Shown here: positions 11,801-25,400 of the stretch, one piece after another
Layout of the letters: the number at the start of each line of letters is the position of its first letter
Numbering within the stretch: the first letter of the stretch is position 1
DNA from: the human T2T-CHM13v2.0 reference genome, Homo sapiens
Direction: 5' to 3' (one strand)
Assembly: GCF_009914755.1 (NCBI RefSeq)
Contig: NC_060944.1
Length of the DNA: 64,000 bases
Position numbers and translations under genes: made by a program
The notes under the pieces: model-generated
Database searches by the model: none
The model's input: the letters and a program-made list of their open reading frames with translations, nothing else
What the model was told of the DNA's origin: nothing

Positions 11801-14800
11801 AGGTTGGAAACACTCTTTTTGTAGTATCTGGATGAGGACATTTGGAGCGCTTTCGGGCGTATGGTGAAAAAGGAAATATCTTCCCGTAAAAACTAGACAG
11901 AAGCATTCTCAGAAGTTTATTTGTGATGTGTGCCCTCAACTAACAGAGTTGAACCTTTCTTTTGATAGAGCAGTTTTGAAACACTCTTTTTGTAAAATCT
12001 GCAAGAGGATATTTGGATAGCTTTGAGGATTTCGTTGCAAACGGGAATGGCTTCATATAAACTCTAGACAGAAGCATTCTCAGAAACTTCGTTGGGATGT
12101 TTCGATTGAAGTCCCAGTGTTGAACATTCCCTTTTATAGAGCAGGTTGGAAACACTCTTTCTGCATTCCCTGGAAGTGGACATTTGGAGCGCTTTCAGGA
12201 CGACGGTGAAAATGGAAATATCTTCCAAGAAAATCTAGATAGAAGCAATGTCAGAAACTTTTCTGTGATGGATGTACTCAGCTAACAGAGTTGAACCTTT
12301 CTTTTGAGAGAGCAGTTTTGCAACACTCTTTTTGTGGAATATGCAAGTGGATATTAGGGCAGCTTTGAGGATTTCGTTGGAAACGGGAATACATGTAAAA
12401 AGCAGACAGCAGCATTCTCAGAAACTTCTTTGTGATGTTTGCATTGAAGTCACAGAGTTGAACATTCCCTTTGAGAGAGCAGGTTTGAAACACGCCTTTT
12501 GTCATATCTGGAAGTGTCCATTCGGAGCGCATTCAGGCTTGTGTTGAAAAAGGAAATATCCTCCCATAAAAACTAGACAGAAGCATTCTCAGAAACTTAT
12601 CTGTGATGTATGTACTCAACTAACAGAACTAAACCATCGTTTTGAAGGAGCAGTTTTGAAACACTCTTTTTGCGGAATCTGCAAGTGGATATTTGGCTAG
12701 CTGGGAGGATTTCGTTGGAAACGGGATTACATACAAAAAGCAGACAGCAGCATTCTCAGAAACTTCTTTGTGATGTTTGCATTCAAGTCACAGAGTTGAA
12801 CATTCCCTTTCATAGAGCAGGTTTGAAACACTCTTTTTGTAGTATCTGGATGTGGACATTTGGATCGCTTTCAGGCCTATGGTGAAAAAGGAAATATCTT
12901 CCCATGAAAACTAGACAGAAGCATTCTCAGAAACTTATTTGTGATGTGTGCCCTCAACTGACAGTGTTGAACCTTTGTTTTGATAGAGCAGTTCTGAAAC
13001 ACACTTTTTGTAAAATCTGCAAGAGGATATTTGGATAGCTTTGAGGATTTCGTTGGAAACGGGAATGTCTTCATGTAAACTCTGGACAGAAGCATTCTCA
13101 GAAACTGCTTTGGGATGTTTCAATTGAAGTCCCAGTGTTGAACATTCCCATTCATAGAGCAGGTTTGAAACACTCTTTTTGTACTATCTGGAAGTGGACA
13201 TTTGGAGCGCTTTCAGGTCTACGGTGAAAAAGGAGATATCTTCCAATAAAAACTAGATAGAAGCAATGTCAGAACTTTTTTCATGATGTATCTACTCAGC
13301 AAACAGAGTTGAACCTTTCTTTTGAGAGAGCAGTTTTGAAACACTCTTTTTGTGGAATATGCAAGTGGGTATTAGGCCAGCTTGGAGGATTTCGTTGGAA
13401 ACGGGAATACGTATAAAAAGCAGACAGCAGCATTGTCAGAAACTACTTTGTGATGTTTGCATTCAAGTCACAGAATTGAACACTCCCTTTCACAGAGCAG
13501 GTTTGAAACACTCTTTTTGTAGTGTCTGTAAGTGAACATTTGGATTGCTTTCAGGCCTAAGGTGAAAAAGGAAATATCTTCCCATAAAAACTAGACAGAA
13601 GCATTCTCAGAAACTTGTTTGTGATGTGTGCCCTCTACTGACAGAGTTGAAGCTTTCTTTGCAAAGAGCAGTTTTGAAACACTCTTTTTGTAGAATCTGC
13701 AAGAGGATATTTGGATAGCTTTGAGGATTTCTTGGGAAACGGGAATGTCTTCAGATAAACTCTAGACAGAAGCATTCTCAGAAACTTCTTTGGGATGTTT
13801 CAATTGAAGTCACAGTGTTGAACATTCCCTTTCACAGAGCAGGTTTGAAACACTCTTTTTGTAGTGTCTATAAGTGAACATTTGGCGTGCTTTCAGGCCT
13901 AACGTGAAAAAGGAAATATCTTCCCATAAAAACTAGACAGAAGCATTCTCAGAAACTTGTTCTTGATGTGTCCCCTCTACTGACAGAGTTGAACCTTTCT
14001 TTGCAAAGAGCAGCTTTGAAACACTCTTTTTGTAGAATCTGCAAGAGGATATTTGGATAGCTTGGAGGATTTCGTTGGAAACGGGTATGTCTTCAGATAA
14101 ACTCTAGACAGAAGGATTCTCAGAAACTTCTTTGGGATGTTGCATTCAAGTCACAGAGTAGAACATTCCCATTCAGAGAGCAGATTTGAAACACTCTTTT
14201 TGTAGTATCTGGAAGTGGACATTTGGAGCGCTTTCAGGCCTATGTTGAAAAAGGAAATATCTTCCCATAAAAACTAGACGGAAGCATTCTCAGAAACTTA
14301 TTTGTGATGTGTTTGCTCAACTAACAGAATTGAACCATCGTTTTGAAGGAGCAGTTTTGAAACACTGTTTTCGTGGAATCTGCAAGTGGATATTTGGCTA
14401 GCTTTGAGGATTTCGTTGGAAACGGGATTACATATAAAAAGGAGACAGCAGCATTCTCAGAAACTTCTTTGTGATGTCTGCATTCAATTCACAGAGTTGA
14501 GCATTCCCTTTCAAAGAGCAGGTTGGAAACACTCTTTTTGTAGTATCTGGATGAGGACATTTGGAGCGCTTTCAGGCGTATGGTGAAAAAGGAAATATCT
14601 TCCCGTAAAAACTAGACAGAAGCATTCTCAGAAGTTTATTTGTGATGTGTGCCCTCAACTAACAGAGTTGAACCTTTCTTTTGATAGAGCAGTTTTGAAA
14701 CACTCTTTTTGTAAAATCTGCAAGAGGATATTTGGATAGCTTTGAGGATTTCGTTGCAAACGGGAATGGCTTCATATAAACTCTAGACAGAAGCATTCTC

Positions 14801-17800
14801 AGAAACTTCGTTGGGATGTTTCGATTGAAGTCCCAGTGTTGAACATTCCCTTTTATAGAGCAGGTTGGAAACACTCTTTCTGCATTCCCTGGAAGTGGAC
14901 ATTTGGAGCGCTTTCAGGACGACGGTGAAAATGGAAATATCTTCCAAGAAAATCTAGATAGAAGCAATGTCAGAAACTTTTATGTGATGGATCTACTCAG
15001 CTAACAGAGTTGAACCTTTCTTTTGAGAGAGCAGTTTTGCAACACTCTTTTTGTGGAATATGCAAGTGGATATTAGGGCAGCTTTGAGGATTTCGTTGGA
15101 AACGGGAATACATGTAAAAAGCAGACAGCAGCATTCTCAGAAACTTCTTTGTGATGTTTGCATTGAAGTCACAGAGTTGAACATTCCCTTTGAGAGAGCA
15201 GGTTTGAAACACGCCTTTTGTCATACCTGGAAGTGTCCATTCGGAGCGCATTCAGGCTTGTGTTGAAAAAGGAAATATCCTCCCATAAAAACTAGACAGA
15301 AGCATTCTCAGAAACTTATCTGTGATGTATGTACTCAACTAACAGAACTAAACCATCGTTTTGAAGGAGCAGTTTTGAAACACTCTTTTTGCGGAATCTG
15401 CAAGTGGATATTTGGCTAGCTGGGAGGATTTCGTTGGAAACGGGATTACATACAAAAAGCAGACAGCAGCATTCTCAGAAACTTCTTTGTGATGTTTGCA
15501 TTCAAGTCACAGAGTTGAACATTCCCTTTCATAGAGCAGGTTTGAAACACTCTTTTTGTAGTATCTGGATGTGGACATTTGGATCGCTTTCAGGCCTATG
15601 GTGAAAAAGGAAATATCTTCCCATGAAAACTAGACAGAAGCATTCTCAGAAACTTATTTGTGATGTGTGCCCTCAACTGACAGTGTTGAACCTTTGTTTT
15701 GATAGAGCAGTTCTGAAACACACTTTTTGTAAAATCTGCAAGAGGATATTTGGATAGCTTTGAGGATTTCGTTGGAAACGGGAATGTCTTCATGTAAACT
15801 CTGGACAGAAGCATTCTCAGAAACTGCTTTGGGATGTTTCAATTGAAGTCCCAGTGTTGAACATTCCCTTTCATAGAGCAGGTTTGAAACACTCTTTTTG
15901 TACTATCTGGAAGTGGACATTTGGAGCGCTTTCAGGTCTACGGTGAAAAAGGAGATATCTTCCAATAAAAACTAGATAGAAGCAATGTCAGAACTTTTTT
16001 CATGATGTATCTACTCAGCAAACAGAGTTGAACCTTTCTTTTGAGAGAGCAGTTTTGAAACACTCTTTTTGTGGAATATGCAAGTGGGTATTAGGCCAGC
16101 TTGGAGGATTTCGTTGGAAACGGGAATACGTATAAAAAGCAGACAGCAGCATTGTCAGAAACTACTTTGTGATGTTTGCATTCAAGTCACAGAATTGAAC
16201 ACTCCCTTTCACAGAGCAGGTTTGAAACACTCTTTTTGTAGTGTCTGTAAGTGAACATTTGGATTGCTTTCAGGCCTAAGGTGAAAAAGGAAATATCTTC
16301 CCATAAAAACTAGACAGAAGCATTCTCAGAAACTTGTTTGTGATGTGTGCCCTCTACTGACAGAGTTGAACCTTTCTTTGCAAAGAGCAGTTTTGAAACA
16401 CTCTTTTTGTAGAATCTGCAAGAGGATATTTGGATAGCTTTGAGGATTTCTTGGGAAACGGGAATGTCTTCAGATAAACTCTAGACAGAAGCATTCTCAG
16501 AAACTTCTTTGGGATGTTTCAATTGAAGTCACAGTGTTGAACATTCCCTTTCACAGAGCAGGTTTGAAACACTCTTTTTGTAGTGTCTATAAGTGAACAT
16601 TTGGAGTGCTTTCAGTTGTAACGTGAAAAAGGAAATATCTTCCCATAAAAACTAGACAGAAGCATTCTCAGAAACTTGTTCTTGATGTGTCCCCTCTACT
16701 GACAGAGTTGAACCTTTCTTTGCAAAGAGCAGCTTTGAAACACTCTTTTTGTAGAATCTGCAAGAGGATATTTGGATAGCTTGGAGGATTTCGTTGGAAA
16801 CGGTTATGTCTTCAGATAAACTCTAGACAGAAGCATTCTCAGAAACTTCTTTGGGATGTTGCATTCAAGTCACAGAGTAGAACATTCCCATTCATAGAGC
16901 AGATTTGAAACACTCTTTTTGTAGTATCTGGAAGTGGACATTTGGAGCGCTTTCAGGCCTATGTTGAAAAAGGAAACATCTTCCCATAAAAACTAGACGG
17001 AAGCATTCTCAGAAACTTATTTGGGATGTGTTTGCTCAACTAACAGGATTGAACCATCGTTTTGAAGGAGCAGTTTTGAAACACTGTTTTCGTGGAATCT
17101 GCAAGTGGATATTTGGCTAGCTTTGAGGATTTCGTTGGAAACGGGATTACATATAAAAAGGAGACAGCAGCATTCTCAGAAACTTCTTTGTGATGTCTGC
17201 ATTCAATTCACAGAGTTGAGCATTCCCTTTCATAGAGCAGGTTGGAAACACTCTTTTTGTAGTATCTGGATGAGGACATTTGGAGCGCTTTCAGGCGTAT
17301 GGTGAAAAAGGAAATATCTTCCCGTAAAAACTAGACAGAAGCATTCTCAGAAGTTTATTTGTGATGTGTGCCCTCAACTAACAGAGTTGAACCTTTCTTT
17401 TGATAGAGCAGTTTTGAAACACTCTTTTTGTAAAAATCTGCAAGAGGATATTTGGATAGCTTTGAGGATTTCGTTGCAAACGGGAATGGCTTCATATAAA
17501 CTCTAGACAGAAGCATTCTCAGAAACTTCGTTGGGATGTTTCGATTGAAGTCCCAGTGTTGAACATTCCCTTTTATAGAGCAGGTTGGAAACACTCTTTC
17601 TGCATTCCCTGGAAGTGGACATTTGGAGCGCTTTCAGGACGACGGTGAAAATGGAAATATCTTCCAAGAAAATCTAGATAGAAGCAATGTCAGAAACTTT
17701 TCTGTGATGGATCTACTCAGCTAACAGAGTTGAACCTTTCTTTTGAGAGAGCAGTTTTGCAACACTCTTTTTGTGGAATATGCAAGTGGATATTAGGGCA

Positions 17801-20800
17801 GCTTTGAGGATTTCGTTGGAAACGGGAATACATGTAAAAAGCAGACAGCAGCATTCTCAGAAACTTCTTTGTGATGTTTGCATTGAAGTCACAGAGTTGA
17901 ACATTCCCTTTGAGAGAGCAGGTTTGAAACACGCCTTTTGTCATATCTGGAAGTGTCCATTCGGAGCGCATTCAGGCTTGTGTTGAAAAAGGAAATATCC
18001 TCCCAGAAAAACTAGACAGAAGCATTCTCAGAAACTTATCTGTGATGTATGTACTCAACTAACAGAACTAAACCATCGTTTTGAAGGAGCAGTTTTGAAA
18101 CACTCTTTTTGCGGAATCTGCAAGTGGATATTTGGCTAGCTGGGAGGATTTCGTTGGAAACGGGATTACATACAAAAAGCAGACAGCAGCATTCTCAGAA
18201 ACTTCTTTGTGATGTTTGCATTCAAGTCACAGAGTTGAACATTCCCTTTCATAGAGCAGGTTTGAAACACTCTTTTTGTAGTATCTGGATGTGGACATTT
18301 GGATCGCTTTCAGGCCTATGGTGAAAAAGGAAATATCTTCCCATGAAAACTAGACAGAAGCATTCTCAGAAACTTATTTGTGATGTGTGCCCTCAACTGA
18401 CAGTGTTGAACCTTTGTTTTGATAGAGCAGTTCTGAAACACACTTTTTGTAAAATCTGCAAGAGGATATTTGGATAGCTTTGAGGATTTCGTTGGAAACG
18501 GGAATGTCTTCATGTAAACTCTGGACAGAAGCATTCTCAGAAACTGCTTTGGGATGTTTCAATTGAAGTCCCAGTGTTGAACATTCCCTTTCATAGAGCA
18601 GGTTTGAAACACTCTTTTTGTACTATCTGGAAGTGGACATTTGGAGCGCTTTCAGGTCTACGGTGAAAAAGGAGATATCTTCCAATAAAAACTACATAGA
18701 AGCAATGTCAGAACTTTTTTCATGATGTATCTACTCAGCAAACAGAGTTGAACCTTTCTTTTGAGAGAGCAGTTTTGAAACACTCTTTTTGTGGAATATG
18801 CAAGTGGGTATTAGGCCAGCTTGGAGGATTTCGTTGGAAACGGGAATACGTATAAAAAGCAGACAGCAGCATTGTCAGAAACTACTTTGTGATGTTTGCA
18901 TTCAAGTCACAGAATTGAACACTCCCTTTCACAGAGCAGGTTTGAAACACTCTTTTTGTAGTGTCTGTAAGTGAACATTTGGATTGCTTTCAGGCCTAAG
19001 GTGAAAAAGGAAATATCTTCCCATAAAAACTAGACAGAAGCATTCTCAGAAACTTGTTTGTGATGTGTGCCCTCTACTGACAGAGTTGAAGCTTTCTTTG
19101 CAAAGAGCAGTTTTGAAACACTCTTTTTGTAGAATCTGCAAGAGGATATTTGGATAGCTTTGAGGATTTCTTGGGAAACGGGAATGTCTTCAGATAAACT
19201 CTAGACAGAAGCATTCTCAGAAACTTCTTTGGGATGTTTCAATTGAAGTCACAGTGTTGAACATTCCCTTTCACAGAGCAGGTTTGAAACACTCTTTTTG
19301 TAGTGTCTATAAGTGAACATTTGGCGTGCTTTCAGGCCTAACGTGAAAAAGGAAATATCTTCCCATAAAAACTAGACAGAAGCATTCTCAGAAACTTGTT
19401 CTTGATGTGTCCCCTCTACTGACAGAGTTGAACCTTTCTTTGCAAAGAGCAGCTTTGAAACACTCTTTTTGTAGAATCTGCAAGAGGATATTTGGATAGC
19501 TTGGAGGATTTCGTTGGAAACGGGTATGTCTTCAGATAAACTCTAGACAGAAGCATTCTCAGAAACTTCTTTGGGATGTTGCATTCAAGTCACAGAGTAG
19601 AACATTCCCATTCATAGAGCAGATTTGAAACACTCTTTTTGTAGTATCTGGAAGTGGACATTTGGAGCGCTTTCAGGCCTATGTTGAAAAAGGAAACATC
19701 TTCCCATAAAAACTAGACGGAAGCATTCTCAGAAACTTATTTGTGATGTGTTTGCTCAACTAACAGGATTGAACCATCGTTTTGAAGGAGCAGTTTTGAA
19801 ACACTGTTTTCGTGGAATCTGCAAGTGGATATTTGGCTAGCTTTGAGGATTTCGTTGGAAACGGGATTACATATAAAAAGGAGACAGCAGCATTCTCAGA
19901 AACTTCTTTGTGATGTCTGCATTCAATTCACAGAGTTGAGCATTCCCTTTCATAGAGCAGGTTGGAAACACTCTTTTTGTAGTATCGGGATGAGGACATT
20001 TGGAGCGCTTTCAGGCGTATGGTGAAAAAGGAAATATCTTCCCGTAAAAACTAGACAGAAGCATTCTCAGAAGTTTATTTGTGATGTGTGCCCTCAACTA
20101 ACAGAGTTGAACCTTTCTTTTGATAGAGCAGTTTTGAAACACTCTTTTTGTAAAATCTGCAAGAGGATATTTGGATAGCTTTGAGGATTTCGTTGCAAAC
20201 GGGAATGGCTTCATATAAACTCTAGACAGAAGCATTCTCAGAAACTTCGTTGGGATGTTTCGATTGAAGTCCCAGTGTTGAACATTCCCTTTTATAGAGC
20301 AGGTTGGAAACACTCTTTCTGCATTCCCTGGAAGTGGACATTTGGAGCGCTTTCAGGACGACGGTGAAAATGGAAATATCTTCCAAGAAAATCTAGATAG
20401 AAGCAATGTCAGAAACTTTTATGTGATGGATCTACTCAGCTAACAGAGTTGAACCTTTCTTTTGAGAGAGCAGTTTTGCAACACTCTTTTTGTGGAATAT
20501 GCAAGTGGATATTAGGGCAGCTTTGAGGATTTCGTTGGAAACGGGAATACATGTAAAAAGCAGACAGCAGCATTCTCAGAAACTTCTTTGTGATGTTTGC
20601 ATTGAAGTCACAGAGTTGAACATTCCCTTTGAGAGAGCAGGTTTGAAACACGCCTTTTGTCATATCTGGAAGTGTCCATTCGGAGCGCATTCAGGCTTGT
20701 GTTGAAAAAGGAAATATCCTCCCATAAAAACTAGACAGAAGCATTCTCAGAAACTTATCTGTGATGTATGTACTCAACTAACAGAACTAAACCATCGTTT

Positions 20801-22095
20801 TGAAGGAGCAGTTTTGAAACACTCTTTTTGCGGAATCTGCAAGTGGATATTTGGCTAGCTGGGAGGATTTCGTTGGAAACGGGATTACATACAAAAAGCA
20901 GACAGCAGCATTCTCAGAAACTTCTTTGTGATGTTTGCATTCAAGTCACAGAGTTGAACATTCCCTTTCATAGAGCAGGTTTGAAACACTCTTTTTGTAG
21001 TATCTGGATGTGGACATTTGGATCGCTTTCAGGCCTATGGTGAAAAAGGAAATATCTTCCCATGAAAACTAGACAGAAGCATTCTCAGAAACTTATTTGT
21101 GATGTGTGCCCTCAACTGACAGTGTTGAACCTTTGTTTTGATAGAGCAGTTCTGAAACACACTTTTTGTAAAATCTGCAAGAGGATATTTGGATAGCTTT
21201 GAGGATTTCGTTGGAAACGGGAATGTCTTCATGTAAACTCTGGACAGAAGCATTCTCAGAAACTGCTTTGGGATGTTTCAATTGAAGTCCCAGTGTTGAA
21301 CATTCCCATTCATAGAGCAGGTTTGAAACACTCTTTTTGTACTATCTGGAAGTGGACATTTGGAGCGCTTTCAGGTCTACGGTGAAAAAGGAGATATCTT
21401 CCAATAAAAACTAGATAGAAGCAATGTCAGAACTTTTTTCATGATGTATCTACTCAGCAAACAGAGTTGAACCTTTCTTTTGAGAGAGCAGTTTTGAAAC
21501 ACTCTTTTTGTGGAATATGCAAGTGGGTATTAGGCCAGCTTGGAGGATTTCGTTGGAAACGGGAATACGTATAAAAAGCAGACAGCAGCATTGTCAGAAA
21601 CTACTTTGTGATGTTTGCATTCAAGTCACAGAATTGAACACTCCCTTTCACAGAGCAGGTTTGAAACACTCTTTTTGTAGTGTCTGTAAGTGAACATTTG
21701 GATTGCTTTCAGGCCTAAGGTGAAAAAGGAAATATCTTCCCATAAAAACTAGACAGAAGCATTCTCAGAAACTTGTTTGTGATGTGTGCCCTCTACTGAC
21801 AGAGTTGAAGCTTTCTTTGCAAAGAGCAGTTTTGAAACACTCTTTTTGTAGAATCTGCAAGAGGATATTTGGATAGCTTTGAGGATTTCTTGGGAAACGG
21901 GAATGTCTTCAGATAAACTCTAGACAGAAGCATTCTCAGAAACTTCTTTGGGATGTTTCAATTGAAGTCACAGTGTTGAACATTCCCTTTCACAGAGCAG
22001 GTTTGAAACACTCTTTTTGTAGTGTCTATAAGTGAACATTTGGCGTGCTTTCAGGCCTAACGTGAAAAAGCAAATATCTTCCCATAAAAACTAGA

Positions 22096-22437
22096 CAGAA
22101 GCATTCTCAGAAACTTGTTCTTGATGTGTCCCCTCTACTGACAGAGTTGAACCTTTCTTTGCAAAGAGCAGCTTTGAAACACTCTTTTTGTAGAATCTGC
22201 AAGAGGATATTTGGATAGCTTTGAGGATTTCTTGGGAAACGGGAATGTCTTCAGATAAACTCTAGACAGAAGCATTCTCAGAAACTTCTTTGGGATGTTT
22301 CAATTGAAGTCACAGTGTTGAACATTCCCTTTCACAGAGCAGGTTTGAAACACTCTTTTTGTAGTGTCTATAAGTGAACATTTGGCGTGCTTTCAGGCCT
22401 AACGTGAAAAAGGAAATATCTTCCCATAAAAACTAGA
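22096..22437 (+). repeat. Extra dimer (chimeric M1/M15 monomer plus M16) making an 18-mer HOR variant of 3061 bp
   Basis: ORF spacing 19825 to 22886 = 3061 = 2719+342. The monomer at 22096 begins with M1 bases (TTGTTCTTGATGTGTCCCC, AGCAGCT), ends with M15 bases (TTTCTTGGGAAACGGGAATG), and is followed by a second M16 at 22267. Confidence 0.93.
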
Positions 22438-25400
22438 CAGAAGCATTCTCAGAAACTTGTTCGTGATGTGTGCCCTCTACTGACAGAGTTGAACCTTTCT
22501 TTGCAAAGAGCAGCTTTGAAACACACTTTTTGTAGAATCTGCAAGAGGATATTTGGATAGCTTTGAGGATTTCGTTGGAAACGGGTATGTCTTCAGATAA
22601 ACTCTAGACAGAAGCATTCTCCGAAACTTCTTTGGGATGTTGCATTCAAGTCACAGAGTAGAACATTCCCATTCATAGAGCAGATTTGAAACACTCTTTT
22701 TGTAGTATCTGGAAGTGGACATTTGGAGCGCTTTCAGGCCTATGTTGAAAAAGGAAATATCTTCCCATAAAAACTAGACGGAAGCATTCTCAGAAACTTA
22801 TTTGTGATGTGTTTGCTCAACTAACAGGATTGAACCATCGTTTTGAAGGAGCAGTTTTGAAACACTGTTTTCGTGGAATCTGCAAGTGGATATTTGGCTA
22901 GCTTTGAGGATTTCGTTGGAAACGGGATTACATATAAAAAGGAGACAGCAGCATTCTCAGAAACTTCTTTGTGATGTCTGCATTCAATTCACAGAGTTGA
23001 GCATTCCCTTTCATAGAGCAGGTTGGAAACACTCTTTTTGTAGTATCTGGATGAGGACATTTGGAGCGCTTTCAGGCGTATGGTGAAAAAGGAAATATCT
23101 TCCCGTAAAAACTAGACAGAAGCATTCTCAGAAGTTTATTTGTGATGTGTGCCCTCAACTAACAGAGTTGAACCTTTCTTTTGATAGAGCAGTTTTGAAA
23201 CACTCTTTTTGTAAAATCTGCAAGAGGATATTTGGATAGCTTTGAGGATTTCGTTGCAAACGGGAATGGCTTCATATAAACTCTAGACAGAAGCATTCTC
23301 AGAAACTTCGTTGGGATGTTTCGATTGAAGTCCCAGTGTTGAACATTCCCTTTTATAGAGCAGGTTGGAAACACTCTTTCTGCATTCCCTGGAAGTGGAC
23401 ATTTGGAGCGCTTTCAGGACGACGGTGAAAATGGAAATATCTTCCAAGAAAATCTAGATAGAAGCAACGTCAGAAACTTTTATGTGATGGATCTACTCAG
23501 CTAACAGAGTTGAACCTTTCTTTTGAGAGAGCAGTTTTGCAACACTCTTTTTGTGGAATATGCAAGTGGATATTAGGGCAGCTTTGAGGATTTCGTTGGA
23601 AACGGGAATACATGTAAAAAGCAGACAGCAGCATTCTCAGAAACTTCTTTGTGATGTTTGCATTGAAGTCACAGAGTTGAACATTCCCTTTGAGAGAGCA
23701 GGTTTGAAACACGCCTTTTGTCATATCTGGAAGTGTCCATTCGGAGCGCATTCAGGCTTGTGTTGAAAAAGGAAATATCCTCCCATAAAAACTAGACAGA
23801 AGCATTCTCAGAAACTTATCTGTGATGTATGTACTCAACTAACAGAACTAAACCATCGTTTTGAAGGAGCAGTTTTGAAACACTCTTTTTGCGGAATCTG
23901 CAAGTGGCTATTTGGCTAGCTGGGAGGATTTCGTTGGAAACGGGATTACATACAAAAAGCAGACAGCAGCATTCTCAGAAACTTCTTTGTGATGTTTGCA
24001 TTCAAGTCACAGAGTTGAACATTCCCTTTCATAGAGCAGGTTTGAAACACTCTTTTTGTAGTATCTGGATGTGGACATTTGGATCGCTTTCAGGCCTATG
24101 GTGAAAAAGGAAATATCTTCCCATGAAAACTAGACAGAAGCATTCTCAGAAACTTATTTGTGATGTGTGCCCTCAACTGACAGTGTTGAACCTTTGTTTT
24201 GATAGAGCAGTTCTGAAACACACTTTTTGTAAAATCTGCAAGAGGATATTTGGATAGCTTTGAGGATTTCGTTGGAAACGGGAATGTCTTCATGTAAACT
24301 CTAGACAGAAGCATTCTCAGAAACTGCTTTGGGATGTTTCAATTGAAGTCCCAGTGTGGAACATTCCCTTTCATAGAGCAGGTTTGAAACACTCTTTTTG
24401 TACTATCTGGAAGTGGACATTTGGAGCGCTTTCAGGTCTACGGTGAAAAAGGAGATATCTTCCAATAAAAACTAGATAGAAGCAATGTCAGAACTTTTTT
24501 CATGATGTATCTACTCAGCAAACAGAGTTGAACCTTTCTTTTGAGAGAGCAGTTTTGAAACACTCTTTTTGTGGAATATGCAAGTGGGTATTAGGCCAGC
24601 TTGGAGGATTTCGTTGGAAACGGGAATACGTATAAAAAGCAGACAGCAGCATTGTCAGAAACTACTTTGTGATGTTTGCATTCAAGTCACAGAATTGAAC
24701 ACTCCCTTTCACAGAGCAGGTTTGAAACACTCTTTTTGTAGTGTCTGTAAGTGAACATTTGGATTGCTTTCAGGCCTAAGGTGAAAAAGGAAATATCTTC
24801 CCATAAAAACTAGACAGAAGCATTCTCAGAAACTTGTTTGTGATGTGTGCCCTCTACTGACAGAGTTGAAGCTTTCTTTGCAAAGAGCAGTTTTGAAACA
24901 CTCTTTTTGTAGAATCTGCAAGAGGATATTTGGATAGCTTTGAGGATTTCTTGGGAAACGGGAATGTCTTCAGATAAACTCTAGACAGAAGCATTCTCAG
25001 AAACTTCTTTGGGATGTTTCAATTGAAGTCACAGTGTTGAACATTCCCTTTCACAGAGCAGGTTTGAAACACTCTTTTTGTAGTGTCTATAAGTGAACAT
25101 TTGGCGTGCTTTCAGGCCTAACGTGAAAAAGGAAATATCTTCCCATAAAAACTAGACAGAAGCATTCTCAGAAACTTGTTCTTGATGTGTCCCCTCTACT
25201 GACAGAGTTGAACCTTTCTTTGCAAAGAGCAGCTTTGAAACACTCTTTTTGTAGAATCTGCAAGAGGATATTTGGATAGCTTGGAGGATTTCGTTGGAAA
25301 CGGGTATGTCTTCAGATAAACTCTAGACAGAAGCATTCTCAGAAACTTCTTTGGGATGTTGCATTCAAGTCACAGAGCAGAACATTCCCATTCATAGAGC

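Larger units (their letters stand above)
343..22095 (+). repeat. Eight tandem 16-mer HOR copies (M1 at 343, 3062, 5781, 8500, 11219, 13938, 16657, 19377); the seventh is 2720 bp
   Basis: ORF-track spacing is 2719 except 17105 to 19825 (2720). The extra base is an A in TGTAAAAATCTG at 17432-17436. Confidence 0.95.
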
